A DNA stretch of 63,884 nucleotides, counting the filler, from Basidiobolus meristosporus CBS 931.73 (Eukaryota > Fungi > Basidiobolomycota): assembly GCA_002104905.1 (NCBI GenBank). It is 3 parts of 3 records of this genome, joined end to end, with 100 filler letters (N's around TTAATTAATTAA, not from the genome) between each part and the next. Parts side by side here need not be neighbours in the genome. Positions count along the whole stretch, not along the records: positions 1 to 24,449 come from MCFE01000948.1; 2 more parts are not named here. One strand, given 5' to 3'. The notes beneath the pieces are model-generated. The model saw only the letters and a program-made list of their open reading frames with translations. It made no database searches and was not told where the DNA came from. Positions within the stretch are counted from its first letter, which is position 1. Each line of letters begins with the position of its first letter. The position numbers and the translations under genes are program-made. Below are positions 1-11,276 of this stretch, in pieces.

Positions 1-280
1 GTAGTCCACCATTCTTCTACTGCTGTCAGCAGTGGGGCTTGATTAGGAGCCAGACAACTTTGCTTTATTTTTTGGCAGTATATATATTGAAGTGAGTCAA
101 ACCAAATGGCAGAGAGTGTTACATATATGTGGGTATGGCTGCCAAGTCTTTTATAATGCTTACTGCAGCAGGTCATCATTGAAACTACATTCATATAGGT
201 GGCAATGTCTGAGATTCATGACCGTCTTAAAATCACATGAGTATCAACAAAGGAGTGATATAATAATGTTACATTCTTGA

Positions 281-1960
281 GTGTCAAGCTGTTTGCCTCA
301 TGGACAAGAGTACTATGATTCAATGCTGTACGAGAAGAGAAAAAGACCATGTGGCTTTGTAATAGGCCTCTCAGCCATGAAGCAGATAGACAGCATAGGC
401 AGAATTACAAGGATCACAGCCAGTGTTTTGCCACACAAGTCATATTTGGCCATTCATCAGTCACTACTGTAGTAACTTTATCTTCCTGGCCACTTGATAC
501 TTCTATAAATGGCACCTAGTTGCACTTGTCACCTTGTACCAACTAGGTCTGGTGAGTTTGTGATGCCTTTAAGCTCAGCTCAGCCATCTGGATATGGCAC
601 ACAGAGTGATAGCTTGGAAGAAGTAGCTTACTGATGGATTGTAAGCCTATATCCCCCAGCAATAGTACCCTCCATTAGCCTGGCAAAATCCCAATATGCA
701 ATGAGATAACACCCATGGAAAAAATGCTGTCATGCAGCAGGCAACATATGACCAAGAGACTGTCCTGATAGCAGCATGTGTTAACAGTTGGCTTTCACAT
801 CAGAAAATGCCACCATTGCAAGGTGGCCAACCTGTTAGGAATCCACCACCATGGGAGAAAAATATTGCTAACACTCAGGATATATTTGAGTAATACCCCA
901 TCTAAAGAAACTCAAGCAGTTCAACAAATATTGTGAAGCTATAAAGTACTGCACTCAGTATCAATCAAGTGCAAGCATTTCCAATATATTTGATGGCAAA
1001 CACTACAAACAGCTTAGTAGCAAGGGTGTCTTTCAAGGTATGAATGAACATGCCTTTGCCATGACACTTGATAGATTTTGATTGTACAAGTACTCTACCA
1101 ACATGCAACAATATAAATGCAAGGACTGGATGGACTGGACATGCCTCTATTCATGTGGCTTTCTGAATCCATTTCTACCAAGAGTACATTGGAAGCATTG
1201 GGAGTTATATGTGGACATTGTAGGCATATTTATCCAGTAGCAGATCACCAATCACAATTTGGCACATCTACAGCTTTTATGCAAGAAGTTTATGACAAGA
1301 TTTGAGTGGCTATACTACAAGAATAAAGGTGAATGCATAGATGTCTGCAGTTACTGTATCCATTCTCTACTTGATCTTGCTTCACCTCTTGGGAGTTTCC
1401 TCTAGAGCAGAAGTGTGGGAAGATAGGAAGACAAGTCAAGTTGCAAGAACTACCAAATGCCAATCTCATCAAGAATTTGACCTTCAAGTCTGTCATGGAT
1501 GTGATGAGTTGGTACAGAGAGGACAGCCAGGAAGAGTTGGAAAATACTGAGGACAGATGTGCACATGGAGAAACCTATACCTTTGGCATTAAGAAGTTAA
1601 GCAGCCCTAATGTGTAGGTAATCAGTTAAGTCATGTATGGTTAGGTTGGACACAACAAGCAACTAACTTCTATTAGGACAACTTTACCAAAGTATGATGG
1701 GTTTCTCTTGGTCACAAGGCAATTTCTACACCATTCAATGAGTGAAATCACAAAATCTACTACAAGGCTCAGAAGTATGAGTTCATTTGGACATCTCTGC
1801 ATATTTGCTCACTTCCAGGACTTCAAACAGATACACTACAAGATGATTCATTATCAAGCAACAAACAAATTTGATAAGCATATATACTGGGAGTGAACTA
1901 AGCAGTTACAACACATTGCATATCATGCAAGTGAAGACAATTGGAAATGGTTAGTGCATA
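281..1960 (+). mobile_element. Decayed CACTA/CMC (Transposase_21-type) element fragment
   Basis: Colinear with the better-preserved copies at 54360-55440 and the reverse complement of 49400-51900 (e.g. LIAACVNS, FDGKHYKQL, GIKKLSSPN); many stops and frameshifts. Confidence 0.8.
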
Positions 1961-2299
1961 TTATAGGTAATGATTGTAAGAGTCTTGGCCAAGCCAGCCA
2001 GCCTTGTCCTGTGCTGAGACTCTATTAGCAGCTTTGTAGAAATGTAATGCACCCTGGTATTGGGGAACTCCCTGGGGTATACAAAGGACTTGGGGATGAA
2101 GTTGAAATTTGCGATGCCAGTATATTTTCCCTGTTTTATGGACCTTTACAACCCAAAGATTATGAATTATTGTAATGGCTCATATCCACCTCAGTAAGCA
2201 GCATCAAAAATCAAGGTGGTTATGGAATCACATTGTTTTGTTAATCAATACATGGAGTAATCTGACGAATTTATAGACACATTGACTACACCAGGAGGC

Positions 2300-3000
2300 G
2301 GTGGGAGTCTACAACTGTAAAAGGCTAGTTTATTTGTATTAGAATTATTAATGGACTAGAGCTAGATCAACATCCGGATTGATAAATATACCTCCATGAA
2401 TTAAAAACTCCTATTGGGCGATCAACTGGATCGCACTTGTCCGCCACAATTCTTGGAACACCATACCGGTACTCTACTTTCTACCACGGAAATATCAAAA
2501 ACGTATCTTTCTTAACTTGTGATCGGTATTTGACGTTAACATGCTGTCACTTGCCGCAATTCCAAGAAATACGTAATAAAGCTACGATGATATCTTGAAA
2601 TAGATTCGCACTTCTCGAAATCAGTTTCAGAGTAAATTAATACCAACCATACCTAATGTTTGCCGGATTTAAGGCTTGGTATTGAAAGTGGCATACCTCC
2701 TTGTATTTTGTTGTCACCTAGGACTTGCCATTTCCAACTTTAATGATGGCAAGCGTCTCCATATCTACAGAACAATATTAGTGGCCATCTTACTTTAGAT
2801 ATTCTAGGGTAAATATCCTTTACGTAGGAATAAGAAATACCGAAGTATAGTTTGGCGGTCAGAAAAAACTTGGGCCACACTACTCTACAATTGTACAAAA
2901 GGCATGCAGGAACATAATACCCAATCCTGCGCTTCCCTTATCGGCAGTAGAGCCTGGCTTGGCTTAGAGTATGTGAGTAAGAGAACGGGATTCAGAGATG
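2300..3000 (-). pseudogene. Possible decayed Ty3/Gypsy integrase fragment
   Basis: One minus-strand frame with stops reads RIGYYVP and RYGVPRIVAD, resembling integrase GYYWP and RFGVP..I.SD motifs; weak. Confidence 0.25.
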
Positions 3001-6000
3001 GAAAGAAATCCGAATTCAAAGGTGCTAAAATGATACCAATACGACCAAAATAACTCCATTTCATGCTACTCTAATTCCGGACTGACCAACTTGTTGGCAA
3101 ACCAGGAGCACTTCACTAGGTGTACCAGGCTTGTTGGAATCGCTGGATTAGCACCTGGTTATTCTTATATCGTGCCTTTAAAAACTGCCGGCTTCAGGTA
3201 AAATATGCCATTATCAATATATGTATGTCGTGGAGACAACCACGTTTCGGACATGGCCTTCCACAAATTATTTATGTAGCATTACCAAGTACAAAAAACG
3301 CCTCTGCTTAAGAAGCCAAGCGAGAACACACTCTTAACAATTTCAGAAAACTTTCATGCCCCTACTCAATTGCCAGTAAACCAGCATTTATTGCATTACG
3401 TGCTTGAATAAACATTAGCCAATTTGTGTTGTGCAATATCTTTCTAAGCTTAGCCAGCCCTTCAGCAAATCGCAATGCTACTCAAAAACTTGCAAACCAT
3501 TCTTCTCAAATCAACGATAGTTCATGGAAGCTTGTCTGCGTGCTTTTGAGCAGCTGATAACTTTTATGCTTGCGCTTCATGGTTGGGCGATAGACAAGTT
3601 CCGCAGGCATGCTTTAATTATCTATCTAAGCTGCATGCCAAGTACGGGGTGGAAGAGGAATTTCGGTTAACCTGCAGGGATTGGATGGATGTGTTTAAAG
3701 CATATATATATATAGTTGGCCTTTCATGTAATGGGTTCTCTCAAAGGGTTTAATGGACCTTGCTTCTTGATGTGTTGACCATGAATGGCTCGGAAAGCGC
3801 TCAAGACTTTAGCATACTTGGATCCATTGAATTCAAGCAAGTGCTCCTATCACTCACGGCTGGTTCCGGTTATTCTTACCTCCATACCATGTTACTGGGA
3901 GTAGAATATTTCAAGCTGGGTTAAACATGAAGTTGGCGCGCACATGCTCCATTGGAAATTGGGGAGGAAAATATCGGTCTGTCAAATATGTCGAATCAAT
4001 TGCCTCTAGCCGGATGATTACAAAGCAGCAAAGAATACTAGCCAAGAATATGCGGATGTGGCCATCTGTTGCATCGATATGCGTTATAGAATCGCCAAGC
4101 AGAATGTCGTCTAGTAGTACAGGTGCTACCCAGCTGGATCCTCTCCTCATGTAGCAATGGGTGAAGATCAGGATTCATCCTCCATGTGCCCCATGTCCGA
4201 TGGGCAGTGTTCATATCGATGATGCCATCCATATGCAAGCACCTGGTTTGAAGCTTGAATGTCTGGTATGTTGATATGCTTGTAAAGCACCCAGCTGATT
4301 CTTCAGGAAATCCGACCGTGCTCCAGATTGAATGGTCGCAAAGCCCAGTGTGCTACTGTCTCTGGATTCTGGCTGTCCCGTCGTGATTGCGAGTACTTTG
4401 CCAGTCAATGGTGTGCCCAGTCCAAACCTTGTACATAGCTATGGGCAGTACATCTCCTGTGTTGTAGGAACCAGTAACGGCCCAAGCAAAGTTTCGGCTA
4501 GGCCGGAGTGAGAGACGCTCAGGCCACACTAATATACGTGGCCACCAGATTCAACACGAATTACAGCCAGCCTATGTGCTATTATATCCCATTTACGGTG
4601 TCCATCAGAGCACCATCCCGATGTCACAGGTGCTCCAAATTAGCTGTCCTGCACTCAAAACTAATCCAGACACGTGACAATGATTGCCGTGGCCCGACCA
4701 CATTGGCTTGGCTCTTTGTCGCAGCACCAACCCCAAGAGTAATCCATCCCCTCACCACCTAGGGGCACCAGGGTGGTCAGCAACGGCATTTGATACAGAC
4801 TTTCTTATGGCTCAGGTTGGATATGTATGGTTCGTTCTATGTTGTCGAGGGTCTGAGGCTGGGTTGTCATGCAGGTTGATTGTAGTAGAGCTGTGCGTAC
4901 TCGGACTCTACGTAGCAACCGGCTTCTGGACTAGGCTTGCACCATTCAACAAGTACGCATGCACAAAAAATCCGTTAGGAGTGACAAATTGGCTTCAGCC
5001 ATTCTTCTCAGGTCCTTTTGCACCCCCGTCGCAGCCGGTTTCATCCAATGTCACTCTCTGATCATCACAAACATCGGTAAGTTTGTTCTAGGTTTGGGCT
5101 GAGCATCGCCGATACCGCACATGGTGATCTTGGACTGCATTTACTGGATACAGTCCCAATGTGAGGGCGTTGGCCAACTTGCTTCGGAATTATTCAGGAG
5201 ACTCGGCTGTTTGATGGTGATTGACCATCCGTGAAGTAGTTGGGCTAGTCTTGGGGTCAGAGACATTAGTTATAATCAATGAGTGAAGGCTCGGAGCATC
5301 TCATTGACCCGCCACTGTCCCCAGTTGGCAAATGGAGTGGGTGAGGTGGTCATTCATGGAAATGGTGCGTGCACTTGATGTGAGCCTCTGGTTATTGATG
5401 TAGCTTTATTTGGCTAGGCACCTGCTAAATCAATCATAGTACGGTCAACGGACATATTGCAGTGTCATCCTTGTGCAGGGACCATGGTAATCCTCATCCG
5501 GACAAGAATCAGAGGTTCCATGGCGTTTGACTGGTTGGCGAGCACATGGTGGAGTATTCTGCTCTGAAACTCTGCCATTTACTGCTCCAAGCTGTCTCGG
5601 AAGGCCTGAGATCAGACCGCCTAGCTTCATCAGCAACCTTGGAGAGTTGGGATCGTGTCTCAAGCAATGCTGGGCAACTGAATGGATTGAGAGCAAAGGG
5701 GCCTCCGAGGTGGCTGATTGGCTAGATGGCTTATCTGCATCAGGAATGGATCTTTGTTTGCATGATACTCTATCAGGTTTCCAGCAAACAAACCGGATCG
5801 TGCATTTGGGGATCCAATATCGACTGTTAAGGAGGCCGGTCCCGATTGAAACCACAATCAAGACGGAAAAAGGGATATTGACCATAGGCACATCATGGAT
5901 AGGTGATACTGGGGACACCCAAGTAGACGTTTTATTCTTTAGGGAGTGGATGGATGAATACAGATGGTTCGAGCACGATTTATAAGCATGTCATCGCTAT

Positions 6001-6115
6001 CGGTGCCGTCATTCATCACACATTTACTAGCAACTCTGCGATCATTTGGGTCCCGAGAGTCTACCTGCCTCTGACATTCTCTCTACACCACCAACAAAGC
6101 CTATCGACCCCACAC

Positions 6116-6802
6116 ATGGATATTCTGGATTTGATCAACCCTGTACAAGCAGCGGAGGAGCGGGTGTACTCGTGCCCCTGGGTTGGCTGCAAGAAGGCCT
6201 TCAAGAGAAGGGCGGATCTGCTAAGACATCACAGAATTCACACAAACGAGAGGTAATGCCGTCAAGCAGGGCAGTTCCGTTTCCAGCAGCTGATCCTGAG
6301 CTTTCTTCGTTTTGCAGGCCGTTCGTTTGTACCGAGTCTGGTTGCGGTCAAAGTTTTATACAGGTAGGTGAGCTACAGGCCTGCATCAATCCATTGTACA
6401 ACGACTGAGCTGCCTTGCCATCAGAAATCCTCGCTGACCATCCACATGCGCACCCATTCTGGCGAGCGACCATTCCACTGCTCATGGGAGTGCTGTTCAA
6501 AATCGTTTAGTGACAGCAGCTCGCTCAGCCGTCATCGGCGAATCCATGCAGGAGACCGTCCATACCAGTGCCACTTCTCTAGCTGCAGTAAGAGGTAATG
6601 TCTTTTTGGGAAGATCTAATCAATGTTCTGCATTCAATTCAAATCCGGTTGCGTATACAGTTTCCGCAAGAAATCCACCCTCTTGAAGCACTTCAGCATG
6701 GCCCACAAATCGGATGAGCCCGCTCTTGATAAATGTAACTCTTCCAGTGTGTTGAACTCGACAGGCTATCGCTTCGCCCCATTTTGCCGCACTTTCTGCT
6801 GA
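6116..6802 (+). CDS. Four-finger C2H2 zinc-finger transcription factor, 164 aa; join(6116..6252,6318..6363,6425..6594,6661..6802)
   Basis: Three GT-AG introns give a 495-nt in-frame CDS with fingers CPWVGC..HHRIH, CTESGC..HMRTH, CSWECC..HRRIH, CHFSSC..HFSMAH and ERP/DRP linkers. The finger pattern ([24 protein letters not shown]) recalls the fungal AslA-like family (from memory). An upstream in-frame ATG at 5954 is possible. Confidence 0.9.
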
Positions 6803-6905
6803 ATGCCGACGATTTGCTGAACCTTGTAGTATATATCCAATTGTTACTTGGATTTCAAATAATTTTATCATGGTACATATTTCAATGTATTAAGCATTTG
6901 CCAAG

Positions 6906-7254
6906 TGTTGTTAAAATTTGGTATTCCACCTAAATATTCAACTAGCTTAGTCACTTAGATCATTACCTACAAATCTCAGAAAATACTGTTCAAATTCCTT
7001 GCTGGGACTTACTTTGAATATTTTCACTAAAACATTGGGTACTCAGAACATGAAAATTCTCAGATTTGTACAAATTGCCCCAAAGCCTGCACACATATTC
7101 TTGAGACCTTCCTTAACATATTATGCATGTTTGTTATGTCAAGACCATGTAAAAGTATAAATACTACTTTTACATTCAATAAATCATTAAGCAAAAACCA
7201 CATAATCCACTTGTTCTCCTAATCACTTCCAATATCTCCATGACTCTTACAACA
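6906..7254 (+). mobile_element. Diverged Copia-family LTR
   Basis: TGTTGT...TTACAACA termini, 349 bp, colinear with the LTRs at 41815 and 56435; no clear TSD or PBS. Confidence 0.85.
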
Positions 7255-7499
7255 CAAAAAAGGCACTCAAGACCCTTTAAAGACAACAGCAACTTTTCTT
7301 GAACCTGCTGTAGAAGGAATGGATGCATATTGAACCAGTACTTCCTAAGGGTGATTAGCAACAGAAAATGACTGAATATTGAAATGTGGTATCCACTGAA
7401 GATAGACTAATCATATCTGCACCAAATGTTAGCAGAAACAAGTATTCTTGGCTATGATTTACTGACTACAGTGCAGCTCAATACTCTATGCACCAAAAA

Positions 7500-8160
7500 G
7501 CACTCTTTACTCAGTATGAATATTTAAATGCATATTGTTAGGAAAATGCAATGCCATCAAGGTATACAGACCTGACAAAATCAGATCAAAGCAGCATTCA
7601 ATCCTAGGATATGTTGTTTGATCAAAATTCATAATTTTTATAAAAAATGACATTTAATGGTGACAAAAATGCAATATCAAGTTCCCCTATGGTCAGTGTT
7701 AAATTAAAGCAATACAATGGAAGTTTTCTGACTTCAGTGGACTTTGCTGCCATGGTTCAGCCTTGACCAGTGCACAGGAGTATTCCAGAGGTGATCATTC
7801 CAGCATCACAAGGCATGAGATCCAACCTGTTCATAAATAGCCACCTACACCTATTCAGTCTATTTTGATAAGACACACAGTGTAAAAGTGGCCCCAAATA
7901 GCCCTGAGAGAGAGTTCTGGAGATATGCAATCAGTTGCATGTTATTGGTTCAGATGGAAAACTGAACTTGGGACTCTGTCAAATTACCAGTCAAACAAAA
8001 ATCAACTGGATGCATATGGGTCTCCAAGACAAAATATAAGGCTCATGGTACAATTGAAAGATACCAAGCAAGAAATGTGGCACAGGGAGACTCTTAGGCA
8101 GCAGGACTAAACTACACTGAAACTTTAGCATTTGTAGCCAGGCACAAGTTTTTTATTCAT
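7500..8160 (+). pseudogene. Decayed Copia pol fragment (post-integrase to RT start)
   Basis: Aligns to 22540-23130 (e.g. GATGTTGTTTGAT..AAAATTC; AAGACAAAATATAAGGCT.ATGGTACAATTGAAAGATAC). Confidence 0.8.
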
Positions 8161-9109
8161 CAGTGGACAAGGTGTCATAGCAAGCATACAACAAATCAGG
8201 TAGGTGCAAGACAGACCAAATAGCTGCACTGGTGTTACAGATGATGTATATACTTGCAAGGTGTTGACTTATAGGGGTTCTGTTTCAAATTTGAGACAAC
8301 CTTGATATTACTTATATCACAAATTCAGCCAGTTTACCAGAGGTAGCTTGCTGATGGTCAGGTGTAACAGCACATGCTGGCACAATTAGATGTGCTGGCA
8401 TGGCACTTGGCTGAGCTTAATATAATGCTACATATTGACACAACCTAGCCTGCTCCAATAAACTTGTGACTAAATGAGCAGTTTGGCAAAATCTGGTAGT
8501 TTTGCTCTGAAGCACATATGTTGACCTGATATGCATTGACCTGATGTGGGGTGCTGTTATAAAGGGTGTTGGCATAGATTGGACCAATATGGGCTGGCAT
8601 GCTGGCATTGCAATGGATAGCAAGGAATTCAGCAAGGCATGCTGGCACAATCTAGATGCAGTTGTTTGCAGTCTCTGTACTTCCTCTTGCAGTTCACTTT
8701 CAAATTCCTCATGGTATTCAGTTACCTACTGTCTGATACTTTAAAACTGTTGCCTTGATGAGTCTTATGTATAGTGCTCTTGGAAGCAACTTGGGTCTGT
8801 TTATACATTGCATGATATGTTAGTCATTTCAGGCAAAAACTCATTCAAAATCTCTTTAGTTCCCAAAGATGAGGCACAATTAGATCTGTCCAACTCATAC
8901 TATGCAAATTGCATGCAGAAATGGTCTTGCATGGCTTCTTCATCAAATCCCTTCACTCTCAGCTCATTCTTAATTTCAATACTTATCCTGTTGTATATCT
9001 TCTTACTTACATTGGCTGGCATCTTGATGTGGAACTTGTACCACAGCTTTTTACTCAAATTCTTTTATCTCTGTCAACTCACTGAGGTACTCAGCTCTGC
9101 TAGATTAAT

Positions 9110-9428
9110 CCCTAGAAAAAAACTGAGAAAAGGCCAGAAAAATACCATCATAGTATCAGCTGAATTCCAAGTTTCTCAAAATTAACAACTCTCAATATCT
9201 CTGTTCTGGGCTGATGTGCAGGCAAGCAAACAAGTTCTCCAGGAGGAGACTAGGCCCACTGGCATCCATCCCAAATTTGATAATTAGCAGCCCATTACTT
9301 CCGTCAAAAAATGCATTTGAAATTTTGAACCCAAAACACCAGCTGAATACCAGCAAAATACCAATAGAATACCAGCAGAATACCAGCTAAAAATCAGATG
9401 AATTTCAAGTTTGATATTTTTCATAGGG
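9110..9428 (-). mobile_element. 319-bp non-autonomous CACTA-type MITE
   Basis: Termini CCCTAGAAAAAA / TTTTTTCATAGGG; AAT on both flanks; host ORF2 (GATTAATCAGTAGTGCC in younger copies) resumes after it; second copy at 13092. Confidence 0.85.
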
Positions 9429-10267
9429 AATGAATAGTGCCTAAATATCTCTATGAAGGCTCATTATAGATGCCTGGGCCATACTGAAATCATTTGGCAA
9501 GAACTTGAATGGATCCAACATCAAATTTTCTGGTCAAGACCATGCTTGTAAGCTGGGGGATGGGCTTATCTGGATTGTATTAGAGATGAGTTACAAATTG
9601 GTACAGGGACCATAGTGATAGATTTGGGATACTTATACACTGGTATATTGGCATCTACCCGGTCCTATATGTGATATAACTGAAAACATATGTGATTATG
9701 GAATTTTCCATATATTATGCATGATGCATCTTAGACTGCTTTGACACAGATCATGTTGCATCAATTGCATATTTCCCATTTGCTTATATACTTTTGAGTA
9801 AATCATCAGTAAAAGCACCAAGGCATTGTTTGAGGATGATTCTTGCAACATAATGATGGTGTACATTGCAATTGATAGAGATCTAATCACAATGCATGGA
9901 TGATCAGATAAATTAAGCTGATTGTGCCAAGCCAATATAAATCACATGCCAACAACCACCTACCAGTCTTAATATGCCGACTTATCAGAGTGGTCTTTTC
10001 TTATCAATCCCATCACTATCACAGAAGTTCCTTTTGATGTGTTAGAGTAGATAAAACTAAGTACTATGGATCTTCTACATCAATCTACTCAAGGAGATCC
10101 CTTGTTAAGCTTTTTGGCTATTGCTAGAACTATTGCCCTACAAGGTGTTGTTCCACCATCCATGGCAACAAAAGTCCTATAAGCTTTCATTCCCAGCAGA
10201 CAGCAATGGAGAACCACCTTGCAGCATATATGAATGACTTAGTACAAGATTCAAGTACAGCATTTTG

Positions 10268-10615
10268 TGTTGTAATTATTGAGTTGTCACCTAAATGTTA
10301 ATGCTAACTTAGTCACATAGATCTTATACTGTGATTAGCATTCTGTCCTGACCAGATATCTTGTTGGGACTTACTTAGAACATATGACCAAATTGTCAGG
10401 TACCCAGATTATTATTTTTCTTAAAGTTGTCCAAATGACCCCAAGCTTTGCACACCTACTCTTGGGACCTTCCTTAACAGACTCTACACATTTGTTTTCT
10501 CTACTCTATCAAAAGTGTAAATACCATACTTTTGATCAATAAATCTACAAGTGAATAACATGTAAATCCTTTAGTTCTCCACATCACTTCCAATACTCCT
10601 CAGAATATTGCAATA
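10268..10615 (+). mobile_element. Old Copia-family solo LTR inside transposase of copy E
   Basis: TGTTGTAA start, decayed end TTGCAATA, ~348 bp, flanks TTTTG/TTATG (5-bp TSD with one mismatch). Confidence 0.75.
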
Positions 10616-11276
10616 TTATGAAGCTCCACTGGACTTCCATATCCCAGAGTGCTCAGCAACTGGTTCCATACCAGGAGTATTTTGGATACCTTCCCAGTTG
10701 GGATTGACAGACCTTCTAAAAGGCAAAGGCCCTTTTATTGTGGCAAATACCATGCATATGGTGTGAAGTTTCAAGCGCTATCTGACATTGATGGTAACAT
10801 TGAATGTTTTAGTGGGCCATTTGCTGGAAGTATGCATGACAATGCACTCTGGGTAAAGAATCATCCAGAATGCAGTAGAAGGGAGAGATATTTGGCAAAC
10901 TAAGCTTATGTTGGAGAGGATTGTTAGAGATTAGGATGTATTACAGCTCTTAGGAAGCCAAGGAATGGAGAGCTTAGCAGGAAGCAGAAGCTCTACAATG
11001 AGATATTTAATCATATCAAAGTAAAAGTAGAGCATACATTTGGATATCTACAGAGATTTAGCATATTAGCTGTCAGGAAAGTCATATACAAGAGAAAACT
11101 GCAGAATAGGTATAGTTAAGATACTTATTAATGCATAGTATATTCAAATAGGAATACATTCACTGAGAGAAAAGTGTCTGGAGCATTACAAAGAGTACAC
11201 AATGCAAGAAAAGCATTGTTCTGAGCAGCATAAGTAAGATTGAGTAAAAACAACAGTAACTGTATTCAATACTGGA

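Larger units (their letters stand above)
8161..11270 (+). mobile_element. Old truncated copy (E) of the PHIS two-ORF transposon
   Basis: Colinear with 28160-30960: ORF2 remnant on minus (8330-9600) and transposase remnant on plus (ORF 10649..10903 SILDTFP..KFQALSD..GS.HD); both TIRs lost; interrupted by a MITE and a solo LTR. Confidence 0.85.

Noticed and set aside
5527-5985. 152-aa ORF (and antisense 5445..5918) upstream of the zinc-finger gene
   Set aside because: Non-ATG start and no motif I can recognise; not reported as a CDS.
7255-7275. Primer-binding site after the LTR at 6906..7254
   Set aside because: No TGG-initiated tRNA-complementary tract follows this or any other LTR in the window.
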